Origin: Mobula hypostoma
Taxonomy: Eukaryota
Reading direction: 5' to 3'
NCBI RefSeq assembly: GCF_963921235.1
Contig: NC_086108.1
Coordinates: 73,968,001 to 74,032,000 of the forward strand
Length of the DNA stretch: 64,000 nt
Part shown: in pieces, positions 12,874 to 24,330 of the stretch
Layout of the letters: each line of letters begins with the position of its first letter
How positions within the stretch are numbered: the stretch's first letter is position 1
Notes under the pieces: model-generated
The model's input: the letters and a program-made list of their open reading frames with translations, nothing else
Told to the model about the DNA's origin: nothing
The model's database searches: none
Made by a program: the position numbers and the translations under genes

Positions 12874-14505
12874 CAGGTGTCCCCCGCTTTTTGAACGTTC
12901 GCTTTACGAAACCTCACTGTTACGAAAGACCTACATTAGTTACCTGTTTTCACTAACAGAAGGTGTTTTCACTGTCACGAAAGAAGCAGCACACGAAAAA
13001 ACAGCTTGCGATAAAAGGCAGCGCGTGAGAAAAAGCAGCCGCCCCCCCCCCCCCCCCGATTCGGAACTGCATTCTCACCGGCATTGCTTAAACACGTGCC
13101 TGTGAGCAGCCATTTGCAAGATGAGTTCTAAGGTATTGGAAAAGCCTGAAAGAGAGCTCGTAAGGGTGTTGCACTTAGCATAAAACTAGACATAATTAAG
13201 CGTTTCGATCGTGGTGAACGAAGTAAGGACAAAGTGAGCTTGGCTTGTGGAAGTTGACAAAGATGATATTGAAGAGGTTTTGGCATCTCATGACCAAGAA
13301 CTGATAGATGAAGAGCTGATGCAATTGGAAGAGGAAAGGATAGCAATCAAAACCGAATGCAGTAGTGAACGGACCGAAAGTGAAGTCATCCAGGAACTGA
13401 ACGTGAAGCAACTGCGTGAGATTTTCACTGCAATGATAAAGTACGACTTTAATTTTGAAAGGGTACGTCGGTTTAGGGGATATTTGCAGGATGGTTTGAG
13501 TGCTTACTAAGAACTGTATGATCTAAAAATGCGCGAGGCTAAGCAGTCAAGCAAGCCTTCCACAGCAGACGACGAACCTCGAACCTCGACCTTCGACATC
13601 GAGGCAGGCAGTCATAGGAGAAAATGACCTGCCTCCCTGATGGAAACAGACGACACCCTAGTGTCCCACCACCCCAACCCCGGGCCGCAGACAGGTACCG
13701 ATTCGCGGAGAATGCAGCTGTAGCCGGGAGACACCCAGTACATCTTTAAGAAAAAAAGCCGAAATAAACAAACTAATTAATTAGGTGCTGCCTGGCACGT
13801 AAATGTTGGCCCAGATCAGAGACAATTGCTGATTGCGTCGCCTCTGATCTGGGCCGACATTTACGTACTGGGCGGCACCTAATTAATTAGCTTGTTTATT
13901 TCGGCTTTTTTCTTAAAGATGTGCTGGGTGCGTCCCAGCTGCCGCTGTACCACTGCATGCTTCGCAGATCGGTATCAGTCAGTGGCCCGCAGGGTGGGGA
14001 CCACTGCACCACCCCAACCTCCGATGACTCAGCCTAACACACCATCATCAGTGTGCTCGATGTCTTCCCGATTCCAGTAAGTGATACTACACTGTACATA
14101 CATTATTTCTTTTTTATATCGGCTGTGTATTTTTACATGTTGTTTGGTATGATTTGGCAGCTTCATAGCTTAAAGGTTACTGGAGAGCGCTTGCACCGTG
14201 TTTCTGCCGAGAGCGCTTGCGTGAGATTTTCGCTACAGAGAACAGTGCGGCAATGATTGTGGAAAAGTATTTCTACTTTATATAGGCTGTGTATTCATCA
14301 TATCATTCCTGCTTTTACTATATGTTACTGTTATTTTAGGTTTTATGTGTTATTTGGCATGATTTGGTAGGTTATTTTTGGGTCTGTGAACGATCACAAA
14401 TTTTTCCCCTATAAACTAATGGTAATTGCTTCTTCGCTTTACGACATTCCGGCTTACGAACCATTTCATAGGAACGCTCTACCTTCGGATAGCGGGAGAA
14501 ACCTG
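12874..14505 (+). mobile_element. Tigger (pogo/Tc1-mariner) internal-deletion derivative nested in Gypsy
   Basis: TA TSDs. TIRs CAGGTGTCCCCCGCTTTTTGAACG / CAGGTTTCTCCCGCTATCCGAAGG. A transposase N-terminal HTH remnant (KLDIIKRFDRGERSKD) is joined directly to the C-terminal EVDKDDIEEVLASHDQELIDEELMQL. Confidence 0.85.
13714..13948. repeat. ~105-bp-arm imperfect inverted repeat inside the Tigger derivative
   Basis: CATCTTTAAGAAAAAAAGCCGAAATAAACA...CCAGATCAGAG is mirrored by CTCTGATCTGG...TGTTTATTTCGGCTTTTTTCTTAAAGATG; spacer ~20 nt. Confidence 0.9.
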
Positions 14506-15234
14506 TATTTGGAATAAGGATTTATTAAAGGAAAATTGAATGTTTTGTACATATACAGTTTTATATTACATTAATCTAAAGGGGGGGAAGTGTATTGTAT
14601 AGATCTATTTCTTTTAGAGCAATGAACCCCCCCCCACTTACATATCGATCTGTTGACTGCGCATGCGCTGTTGTCTACGTGTGTACATTGTTCTCTCTCA
14701 CTCACTCTCACTGTAATGCAAATAAACCAGTTAAAGCTATCTCCCGCATGCGTGCTTTTATTTAATTGATATGTAATTGTGCACAGGCAACAGGTCACAC
14801 TCCACAAGAAATCCAGCCTCTCCCCTGCAGCCACAATATATTTCTATGGCTATTCCATTTCAGTTTCTCATTAATGGTGACCCTCAGGATGTTGATGTTT
14901 GGGGACCCTGTTCTAGTCATGCCATTGAATGTTAAACATTCGCTTGTTTGAGTTGGTCAATGCATCGCATGTAGGAGACCTTAATTTTGCATCCCAATTG
15001 CCTGTTAAAGTCTGAATGTTACTCAGGTCTTGAGGCACACAAATATTTTCTACACCTTTGAGAAACTGAACACCAGTCATAAACAATACCCACTTTTCTT
15101 TAAGCAATAAGAGTTCTGCAATTTGATTTCCATTATAGCAGTATTTTAAAATTCAATTAAAACTGAGTTACTATCAAGCATGTTTGAGAAACAAGAGAAA
15201 TATTGATCAAAAAGAGCAATATGGCATAACTATT

Positions 15235-15550
15235 GTGGCACAGTAACATAGCAGTTAGCACAAGTTTTACAGCGCCAGCAATTTGGGTTGATTTCCAGCT
15301 GCTTTCTTTAAGATGTTTGTACGTTCAGCCCATGATCACGTGGGTTTCCTCCAGGTGCTCTGATTTCCACCCACATTCCAAAGAGATACAGGTTAGGGTC
15401 ATAAGTTGAGGGTATGCTATGTTGGTGCCGGAATCACGGTAATACTTGCAGGCTGTCCCTAGTGCAGCCTTGGACTGTGTTGGTCATTGATGGAAAATAT
15501 ACATTTAACTATATGTTTCAATGTACATGTGACAAATATTGCTAATGTTT
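15235..15550 (+). mobile_element. tRNA-derived V-SINE
   Basis: A-box-like GGCACAGTAACATAGCAGTTAGC; V-domain CGTGGGTTTCCTCCAGGTGCTCTGATTTCCACCCACATTCCAAAGA. Confidence 0.75.
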
Positions 15551-16839
15551 TTTAAATATACCATTTACCACATTAACATTACTTAAACACACATTGCACA
15601 GAATTTGTCATCTTCAATAGAATATTTCAAAACTTCATTACTTTCAACAAGCTAGGATGGTGATAGGAAAAAGAGTAATCTGATCTGTCAAGCTCTCTCA
15701 TTAATTATTTTTAATGGGATCTGTCCATCCTATTGACAATACTTATCAATGCTGGAGTTCATTGACAAGATTTTCCTTGCATCTCCCACAAGTGAAACCA
15801 TAACTGATCATAAATCAATCTCACATATAAATCAGATGTATGGCTAGTATGCAACAATATATGAATGTCATTTTAAGGATATTTCTCCTTAGTTTCACAA
15901 ATAAGAATTCCTCTTGGTACCTTTCCCCTTCAATATAGCAAATAAATTTCTCAGTTATGAAAGCACTATAAATAAGGAATGTTCTCATTTTTGTTATGTT
16001 ACTGATTTGGCCTGCTTCTATTCCCTACCCCCAGGCTCAATATACATTTCCTGAGATTGGCCTGCAAACATACTTCTATTGCTGTTGAGCCACCTGCTAG
16101 CAAGTGCCCAGGGAATGTACTATGATTTATGCTGCCTTTCTTTGCACTGTACTGCACAGTGGACTCCCCTTGTGCAAGCTTCTGCAGGCATCCCAGAGTT
16201 CATGTTTGGAAATATCTGCCCATGGAGCCTGCACTGTTCAACCTAATCTAAATAGAGGAATCTCACTGAAATTAATGTGAGAAAGACTGCCAAAAAGAAA
16301 AGGCAAACTAACCATTTCACATCATTCAGTTTAGTTTATAACAGTTTAAGCGCTTTTTTAAGCATTTTGAATTGTTCCAGTTTTTTTTGCATTTTTCATT
16401 GATTCAGGGCATTTTGAATGTTTGATAGTCAAAAGCATTCACAAATGGAGCAACAAAACTGGCTACAAAAGCCAATCTCTGAATATTGTTGGCTATTTAG
16501 GATAAAGTGATCCTGAGCTGCACTATACTGCATAAAGCCATAGACCAATGTAAGGAAGCAGACTTCGCAGCTGAACACTATGCCAGGTATCATAATTGAA
16601 ATAAAAATATAGTCACCAACAAAGAAAATTAATTTTACATAAAAGTAATTCCCTGCTGGCAAAATGTTATACACTGTTTCATTAATCAGGTGGTGGAAAA
16701 TACAATAAATATACTGAATACAACAGACTGATCTTTTCTTCGAGTTACATTCATAAAATAAAACTATTTGAAATTATTTTAACAAGTTATTGTGAAGTTA
16801 AGGATTCATAAGCTCCAAAAACTTAAAATAAATCTTTTA

Positions 16840-16980
16840 AAAACGCAAACAACAGGAATTCTGCAGATGCTGGAAATTCAAGCAACACACATAAAAGTTG
16901 CTGGTGGACACAGCAGGCCAGGCAGCATCTCTAGGAAGAGGTGCAGTCGACGTTTCAGGCCGAGACCCTTCGTCAGGACT
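16840..16980 (-). mobile_element. Penelope solo pseudo-LTR insertion
   Basis: Almost identical to 59180-59320; 11-bp TSD TAAATCTTTTA (16829-16839, 16981-16991). Confidence 0.9.
16945..16980 (-). ncRNA. Minimal type-I hammerhead ribozyme motif, intact
   Basis: Reverse complement reads AGTCCTGACGAAGGGTCTCGGCCTGAAACGTCGACT. Confidence 0.8.
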
Positions 16981-18204
16981 TAAATCTTTTATTTGCTTTT
17001 TTTTTTCAAATTTAGCCCTTTCCTCTTTTAAAAGATGTGTGCTTATTTTAAAATATAATTTATCACCATCAATACATACAAAACTACTATCTTCAGTAAG
17101 TGAGTTGCATTTCATCCATTTTTGGCAGTGCATTTTGCCCTAATACCACAGAAAACTAACTAGGACAAATCCACTTTTAAAAAAACTTCAGGTGATCCCT
17201 GCATTACAGAGGGGTTATGTTCTGTAATGCAAACATCTTTTCCTATTAAATTCTGTTAACAGTGGAGATGCATCCCTATGGAATGTTTCCCTTTCATAAT
17301 AAACCATTTTTCCCAGAGATGATAAGGTGACCAAATGTCATTTAAAAGCTGAAGCAACAGACTGGGAAGGTGGACAAGGCTCATGCAAAAGTAGCAACAA
17401 GTTAAGTCATTAATACTGTGGAACAATAAGATCTGGATGTGGATGTCATCACATCAATGATACTGGCAGTCGCACCAAGTCACTCCAGTTCAAGGACGTA
17501 TGAACAGATGTCTCAGAGTGCAGAGCAGCCATGATCTTCAATTGCGAGGCATTTTTTTCTAACATGCAAGACTCACGCATTAGGAAAGGGTTTCAGATAT
17601 GGGGATATCTGGAAAAGGCATGGGATTTGAGGACATGGCTTCATGGAAGAAAGGTGGTTCAGGGGAGTAATAGGTAAAAACACAGTGACTGAGTGAAAGT
17701 AAAGTAGGGACCAGGACATTGCTTTAAGGAGCTGGCCATGGATACTGCTGCTCTTCACAAAATAGTGGGTCAGAGAAAATGCCACGTTGATTATTGAAAC
17801 CAGTATGTCAATTACAACAGCGAAAAAAAAACACCAGTGTTTTGGTGAATTGTCACTGGAAGTATCCAATTTCCCAATATGTTGAACTTCCATCAGAAAC
17901 AGATCAAAAGATCTGGAATTTTAATTACACACTCTTTTCACATAAAAAGACAAATAATTTTGTTTTCCTGATCCAATTTCAAGGCAGTTATTGAAACAAT
18001 ACATTCTCATTAAACTATCTTTTCTGGTATCTCATTAGTTCCTTAAGATTGCTGCACTATATTTAACCAACCTTTCACAAAGGGAAATCCAGCATCGTAT
18101 GATGTAAAAGCAAGCCTGAGATAAGAGCAGAAATTGCAAGAAATACCTAGCATCTGAAAAGAGAGAAAGAGTTGAAGAATCAGAAAACAACAGCTCCTTT
18201 CTCC

Positions 18205-18820
18205 ATAGATGCAGACTGCATGGAACAGCTTCAAGCTCCTGGGTGCCAACATTTCAGAGGATGCATCGTGGGCGCAACACATTGATGCAATTACTAGGAA
18301 AGCACACCAGTCCCCCTATTCAATTAGGTGTTTTAGGAGAAATAGTACGCCGCCAACGATTTCTGTAAGCTTCTGCAGATTTGCTATAGAGAGAATTCTA
18401 ACTGGGTATATCACAACCTGGTATGGAGTCTCCAATGCACAGGATCACAAGAGGCTGCTCAGCCAGTTCCATCACAGACACAACTGGCCCCACCATCGAC
18501 GGCACCTTCAAGAGCCTGTGCCTCAAGAATATGGCATCCATCACTAAAGTCCCTCAACATGCCTTCTTTGCTTCACTTCCATCATGGAGGTGGTACAGGA
18601 GTCTGAAGACCCACACTCAACATTTTAAAAACAGCTTCTTCCTCTCCACCATCTGAATTCTGAACATCAATGCTCCCAGGAACACCAACTATTTATTCAT
18701 CTTTCCTAAAACTATCTATTTTTGTCAATTATAGTAATTTTTATGTCTTACAGTGTCCTGCTACAGCAAAACAACAAACTTCAAGCCATACGATAGTAAT
18801 ATCAAACATAATTCTGATTA
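18205..18820 (+). mobile_element. Rex/Babar-type LINE 3' fragment
   Basis: ORFs 18209-18547 (FKLLGANISEDASWAQHIDAITRKAHQ...IERILTGYITTWYG) and 18423-18656 (LPSWRWYRSLKTHTQHFKNSFF). Confidence 0.75.
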
Positions 18821-19433
18821 TTTACTTTGATTACAGCACTGTGTGGTTCTTCTATTAGGAGAGGAGTTAGAATCAGCTCTATTGGCCTTCACCATTCATC
18901 AGTGAACATCTGCACATTTAAAAAAATGAACTCGGGCGACAGATTAGAAACAGATTATTGTTGAAGGGGAGGCAAAGAATCACAACTCATTTGGGATTTA
19001 ATAATTACTTCTACCTACTTCAAATGATTTCATTAAAATAAACACCAATCTGAATAAATAATGGAATGGTATACGAATATCAGCGACAGCTTCATGGGTT
19101 AACTGGTAGAAAGCAATCAGCAAACCCTGAAGAAAGCATAATGACTGGAGGCCCCCTAGATCACCAGTTATTTTAAATTGCAAACAAGGGCTCTTTAATC
19201 TTTAAATGCAAATACTTTGAAGATGTATTTTTTAAAACACCTAAAGTCATCCTCAAATATTGTCAGTTCTGTGAGTCATAAACATTCTAGGTGAACAAGG
19301 CACTCCCAAGAGTTGCCAGATTGAAAATAATCCGACGAGTATCACTTCAAAACAGTGATACCAGCTCATTATCAAATTTGTTCGACTTTAATATGTAACT
19401 GTTTAGTTCGGCTTCCTCCACCACTATTCTTAC

Positions 19434-19472
19434 CTGCAGTCCTCTCCGCCTCAAAATACTCGAATCATCCAT
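19434..19472 (-). CDS. Start-codon exon of a MAST-family (microtubule-associated Ser/Thr) kinase, MAST3/short MAST4-type N-terminus
   Basis: Hand translation gives MDDSSILRRRGLQ, with strong Kozak context ATCATGG and a phase-0 donor CAG|GTAAGA. Recalled MAST3 N-terminus is MDESSLLRRRGLQ|KELSLPRRG. The paralogue cannot be resolved from 13 aa. Confidence 0.85.
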
Positions 19473-20420
19473 GATACAAGTCAAATGAAAATCCACAGTT
19501 CATGCCAGTATGCAAACACACACAAACTGAATTAACAGCTTGTTAGCCAGTCTCTCACATCAGCAGCAGACAGACTGGCAAATAAATTATTTCTATTTCT
19601 AAGCAGCCAGAGCTACCGGACTTCATTCCTCATTTCCGTGAGGATTCTTGTTCTTTTGGAGTTCGTGCTGCACAAATCCACGTCCTTCTTGACCGGAATT
19701 GGGTCTGTGCTGTACAGGTCACTTAAGCAGGGCTTTTTCCTCTCATCTGAGCAGCTGAGACATATGCGATCTGACGTTGCAGTAATTCATTCACTAGTTT
19801 TGCTGGTGAGTCCATCTCAATGTCGCAGCACCTCTGAATTGTCAGTGTTAATGGGAAAGCAGACTTGGCAAATAGCCAGTAGCTATTCCCATGTGCAAAT
19901 TACAGTCAGAACCCGGGATCCGTTTCCAAGTCACTTCAACATGAGGGCACCGTCGATATAGCCTTTTTAATCAGATTTCTCTCTTTCAGACTTGTATTTT
20001 CCCCCAGTACAAAAGATTCTTCTTTTCCACTCTCTTCAGATTTGAAGTCACACTACAAAGTGATTGTTCAAATGAGATTTCTGGAAATATATAAGCTAAG
20101 CTAGCTGAATTCATTTGGAAGCTCAACCACGATTCAGAGTAATAATATGCAAGACAAATCCAAAGTGCACTAAATGTTCAGCCTGCATATCTTGTTCCGT
20201 TATGGCAGGCAGTCCGTTTGTTGCAGATCCAGTCAGTGAGCAGTAGCACTTCCTCCCCATCTGCTGTTGAAAACAACTGAATGCAAGCAGTCAGCCAACC
20301 AGCCAACCAACCGCATGCAAGCATAGAAAGATTTGCCTAAATTATACAAGCTAGTCTGTTCATGCTGCTGAGAGAAACTCCCTGTTCCTTTGGCTCAGTC
20401 TCATTCATTCCACACTTCTT
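19473..20420 (-). promoter_or_regulatory. Probable 5' UTR/promoter region of the MAST exon, with uORFs
   Basis: Repeat-free unique sequence upstream of the ATG. uORFs at 19503-19465, 19626-19555 and 19633-19613. A possible acceptor TTTCCAG lies at 20081-20087. The TSS cannot be determined. Confidence 0.45.
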
Positions 20421-20646
20421 GTGTCACAAATATCGCACAATCCACAAATATGACAGTTTTCTAAATGTTTTGTTCTGAAGTGTGCTTTCAATTTGTGAGA
20501 AACCAATTCCACATCCTATTAAAATCAATGGGGAGTATTTTCTAATGTAAAAGTTGATTCTAAGAAAAACAGATCGGAAAGCAGAGTTAAATTTGCACAT
20601 TGAAAGCATGTCTATATCAAAGTCAAGTTTATTGTTTGCACAAGTA

Positions 20647-22292
20647 CAGGTTAAGCACCCCTTAACCGAAATGTTTTGGGCCCAGAAGCGCTTTAGATTT
20701 CAGATTTTGGAATACAGTTTGAGTACACCTTATCCAAAATGCTTGGGGCTGGGAGTGCTTTGGATTTCAGATGTTTTCAGATTTTTGGAATATATAAAGA
20801 GCTAGCTTGGGATCACCATCATTTCCGACTCAATTTATGTGCAACCAGTAAGCAGTCTTTGTCTTACACTTGTTCATCACACAAACGTGATTAACCTTAA
20901 AAATGATTATATACCATTAATATAATGAAAATACAAAATATAATGTGTGCAGGTTAACAGAAGAAGCATCTAGAGAATACCTGAAGTTGCTGTTGAACAA
21001 CAAATAACAGCAAGCTTTCAGTCCCCACCTACAATGCTGTGTTTCAGTTAAAAGGTAACAATACACGGTATTCGTATTTTACTCTTTTGAGGGCCTTATG
21101 TAAGGTATAAAAACCATCACTCTAGACTTGTTCTCATGTTAGAGTTTCATCAGCGACTCTCTAAAAAACGTAATGCTGTTCGGTTAGGTACAAAAACATT
21201 CAGCATCGTAGACTTGTTTTGATGTTAGATTTGAGATCAGCAAATGCTTTAAAAATTTAATGCTGAGATTTTCCTGAAATTTCTGTAATCAGCCTGCAGA
21301 ATATTAACAATTACCTTCAATTGTTAATATTGGAGGGAGGAGGAAAGCGGGAGGAGAAGATAGCAGCGCGCCATGCGCGCACAGCCCTCCAGTGAAAATG
21401 ATATTGTATCCGTTAAATAGGGGCCGTGGACAATTCTGATTTGATGGAGACAGACGTGAAAGCACAGAGGAACATCTGGAGAAATTTCTGAAACACAGGT
21501 TCGCTGCCACTGTTACTGGGCGATCGAGAATCTTCAGGAGGGAAGGCCCCAAAATCCCTGGCTTTGCCTGCTGCTGGCGACCAAGATTGAGGTTGAATCG
21601 TTGGAATAGAGATGGTGCTCGGTACTCGGTGTCAGAGGGCTGATCGGAGGCTCAAGGTTTTCGGACGACTCAAGAGTCGGACTGTGGTCGGGCATGGCAG
21701 GGAGAGTTTTCTTCCTTCTCCCGTCTGCGTGAGATGTGGGACATTTGAGGGACTTTGAACATTTTACTGTGCAATGGACTGTTCTTCATCAAGTTATGGT
21801 ATTGTTGCACTGTTGTAACTATATGTTATAATTATGTTGTTTTATTAGTTTTTTCAGTCTTGGTCTGTCCTGTGTTTTGTGATATCACACCGAAGGAAAT
21901 ATTGTATCATTTCTTAATGCATGCATTACTAAATGACAATAAAAGAGGACTATGTGTCTTCATAATCTAAAAATAAATTTTCAGTTCATCGTGATAGATC
22001 TGTGCTTACTTCATGATCAGCATACCGTTAAGCAGCACATGTTCACTCAGACACCGACAGTACACATTCGAGATCTTCATTTTTCACTTTACACAGGGTT
22101 TTTGTATTTTTCATTAACTTCTGTTCATTACGTATGTGAGGTCACTTCTCAGATTGTCTGTGATCCACAGGGACCTGCGCATTGCCTGGGAACCTTCCCA
22201 GCGCGTTGTAGAATTTTCCATTTGAGATTTCATGCCAGTGGATTTCGGAGGCTTTTGGATTTTGGATTTTCAGATAAGGGGTGCTCAACTTG
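20647..22292 (+). mobile_element. Non-autonomous Tigger4/Zombi-like DNA transposon
   Basis: TA-flanked TIRs CAGGTTAAGCACCCCTTAACCGAAATG / GATAAGGGGTGCTCAACTTG and subterminal GGATTTT repeats. The left end is duplicated at 20715. Confidence 0.75.
21330..21970 (+). mobile_element. Non-autonomous retroposon (SINE-like) nested in the Tigger element
   Basis: CpG-rich 5' part starting AAGATAGCAGCGCG, a T-rich 3' part, AATAAA at 21938 and a short TAATCTAA tail. Confidence 0.5.
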
Positions 22293-22319
22293 TAACTGTA
22301 TGAACAGCTACAATCACCT

Positions 22320-22988
22320 GTAAGAGCATCATGGGAACATAGCATCAGAAAGAAACATCCAACGTCCAAAAAGGAACAAATCATGCAAACAATAAAAAAA
22401 TACAAACAACATGAACCACAATGTCACCCAAAGCAAGTCCACAGCCATGTAGGTCCTGTAGCAGATCCAGGAACCCAAAGGCCACAGCTGCAGAGCCAGA
22501 TTCAGCACAGAGGCAAGTGCCGATGGCTGCAAGCCACAGCTACAGAGTTAGTTCAGCGCTGAGGAGAGTAAAGCCTCCCGCAGTGAGCTGAACACTGGTT
22601 CATGCTCCACCATCAGCCTCGACAGATTAATCTTTTTAATCTGGTTCGGCGCTTAAATCGTCCAAACATCAGTATGTTATCCGCTCCCCGGTCCAGACCT
22701 CATCGCTTCAGTCCAACCCAAAGATTCAGTCTGGCCCCAAGTTCCAGCAATGGGTACCACAACGGTACCTGCATACTTGAGAGTCCAGTTTGCTGAGACT
22801 TTCAGGGCATCACAAAAAATGCCGGGTCATGCAGATGGTTCAATAGCACACCTCCCGGTTGTACAGATGGTTCAAAAGCACACCTCCCAATGGGAAGTTG
22901 CAGGCTGAGAATTGCAGTGATTGAAGAAGTATATTTAGTAGAATTCTTAGAAGCCTCATTTGCAGCCATATCTCACCAGTGCCATCTT
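22320..22988 (-). mobile_element. Non-autonomous retroposon (SINE-like)
   Basis: Minus strand starts AAGATGGCACTGG at 22988 and has a T-rich 3' region. Internal 32-nt tandem duplication at 22832-22888. Confidence 0.4.
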
Positions 22989-22989
22989 T

Positions 22990-23440
22990 GCAGGCTTCTG
23001 TTCCTCCTGCCTTATGGTAGGTGTGAAAAGATGGTTGTGGGGAATCTTTGCTGATTGATGTTGCATGCCTGAAAAAGTACGTTCTGTAGTTAATACCAAT
23101 AGTGCGGAGGGATATGCCTGTGATGTATTGAGCAAAGTCCACTGTTCTCTACAGCTTCTTACATTCCTGCATTTGGAATGCTGTACCAGACCACGTTGCA
23201 AATCAGTCAGGATACTTTCAACAGTACATCTGCGGAAATTTGCAGAGTGCTTGATGACAAGCCAACCCTAAGAAAGTAAATAAGTTGACACATTTTCCTC
23301 ATCTTTGTATCTATGTGCTGGGTCCAGGACAGATTGTATTATGTTAATACCCAAGAATTTAAAGCTGCTGAATTACTACACTGCCATTCTCCCAATCTAG
23401 ACCAGTGTATATATGTTTGCCCTCCTTCCCCTTCTAGAAA
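22990..23440 (-). mobile_element. Rex/Babar-type LINE fragment
   Basis: The minus strand gives FLGINI..NLSWTQHID, ESILTDLQRGLVQHS and ATSISKD remnants. Confidence 0.6.
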
Positions 23441-23447
23441 TCAGTAG

Positions 23448-24330
23448 TCGTAGAAGAGTACAGCACAGAAACAGGTCCTTCGGCCTATCTAGTCCGTGCC
23501 AAAGCATTTAAACTGCCCACTCCCAACAATCTGCACTGTGACCATAGCCCTCCATACCTCCTCCACCCATCTACCTATCCAAATGGTAAAATCGAGCTTG
23601 CATGCACCACCTGTGCTGGCAGCTCATTCCACTCTCAAGACCCTGACTGAAGAAATTTCCCCTCGTATTCCCCTTAAACTATTCACCTTTCACCCTTAAC
23701 ACATAACTTCTGGTTCTAGCCCCACCCAACCCCAATGAAAAAAACGTGTTTGCATTTACCCTATCTATACCCCTCATAATTTTGAAAACCTCTATCATAT
23801 CCCCTCTCAATCTTCTATGTTCTAAAGAATGCAGTCCTAATCCGTTCAATCTTTCCTTATAACTGAGGTCCTCTTGACCTGGCAACATCTTTATAAATTT
23901 TCTCCATACTCTTTCAACTTGGTTTACATCTTTCTTGTAGGTAGGTAACCAAAACGGCACACAATCTCCAAATTAGCTAAATGTCTTACATAATAAGACC
24001 AATGTCTTTTCCAACTAAAACATAACATCCCATCTCTTATACTCAGTATTTTGATTTATAAAGGCCAATGTGCTAAAAGCTTTCTTCACGACCCTATCTA
24101 CCTGTGATGCCACTTTCAATGAATTATGAATCTGTGTTCCCAGATCTTTTTGTTCTAGTACCTCCCTCAGTGCCCTACCTTTGACTGTGCAAGACCTACC
24201 TGGTTGATCCTACCAAAAAGCAATACTTTGCACTTGCCTGCATTAAATTCCATCTGCCATTTTTCCTGCTGGGGTCCAGATCCCACACCAGCTATGATAT
24301 CCTTCCTCACTGTTCACTACCTCCCTGAAG
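23448..24330 (-). mobile_element. CR1 LINE 3' fragment
   Basis: Minus ORF 23679-23960 (FWLPTYKKDVNQVERVWRKFIKMLPG...LRGDMIEVFKIMRG). Confidence 0.85.

Larger units (their letters stand above)
9884..14792 (+). mobile_element. Ty3/Gypsy LTR retrotransposon, Mag/K02A2.6-like, internally deleted and degenerate
   Basis: LTRs at 9884-10077 and 14591-14792 (TG...CA, diverged). PBS TGGTGACAAG at 10081 (tRNA-Ser-like TGGCGACGAG with CpG decay) and PPT at 14578-14590. Gag remnants with two CCHC knuckles (~10810-10912), RT (WATPIIPV, FSKIDI, YLDD) and RNase H. No integrase is recognisable. TSD AGTCA/GGTCA. Confidence 0.85.

Noticed and set aside
16792..17143. Recurrent small ORFs (KTQTTGILQMLEIQ..., SPDEGSRPET...) as a protein family
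   Set aside because: These are translations of the non-coding pLTR repeat, seen again at 59093-59377 and 62365-62656.
1..19433. Next MAST exon (KELSLPRR-type)
   Set aside because: I searched by eye on the minus strand and did not find it; it is probably outside the window, or I missed it.
19638..19961. 107-aa plus-strand ORF as a gene
   Set aside because: No recognisable domain, GTG start, and antisense to the MAST 5' region.
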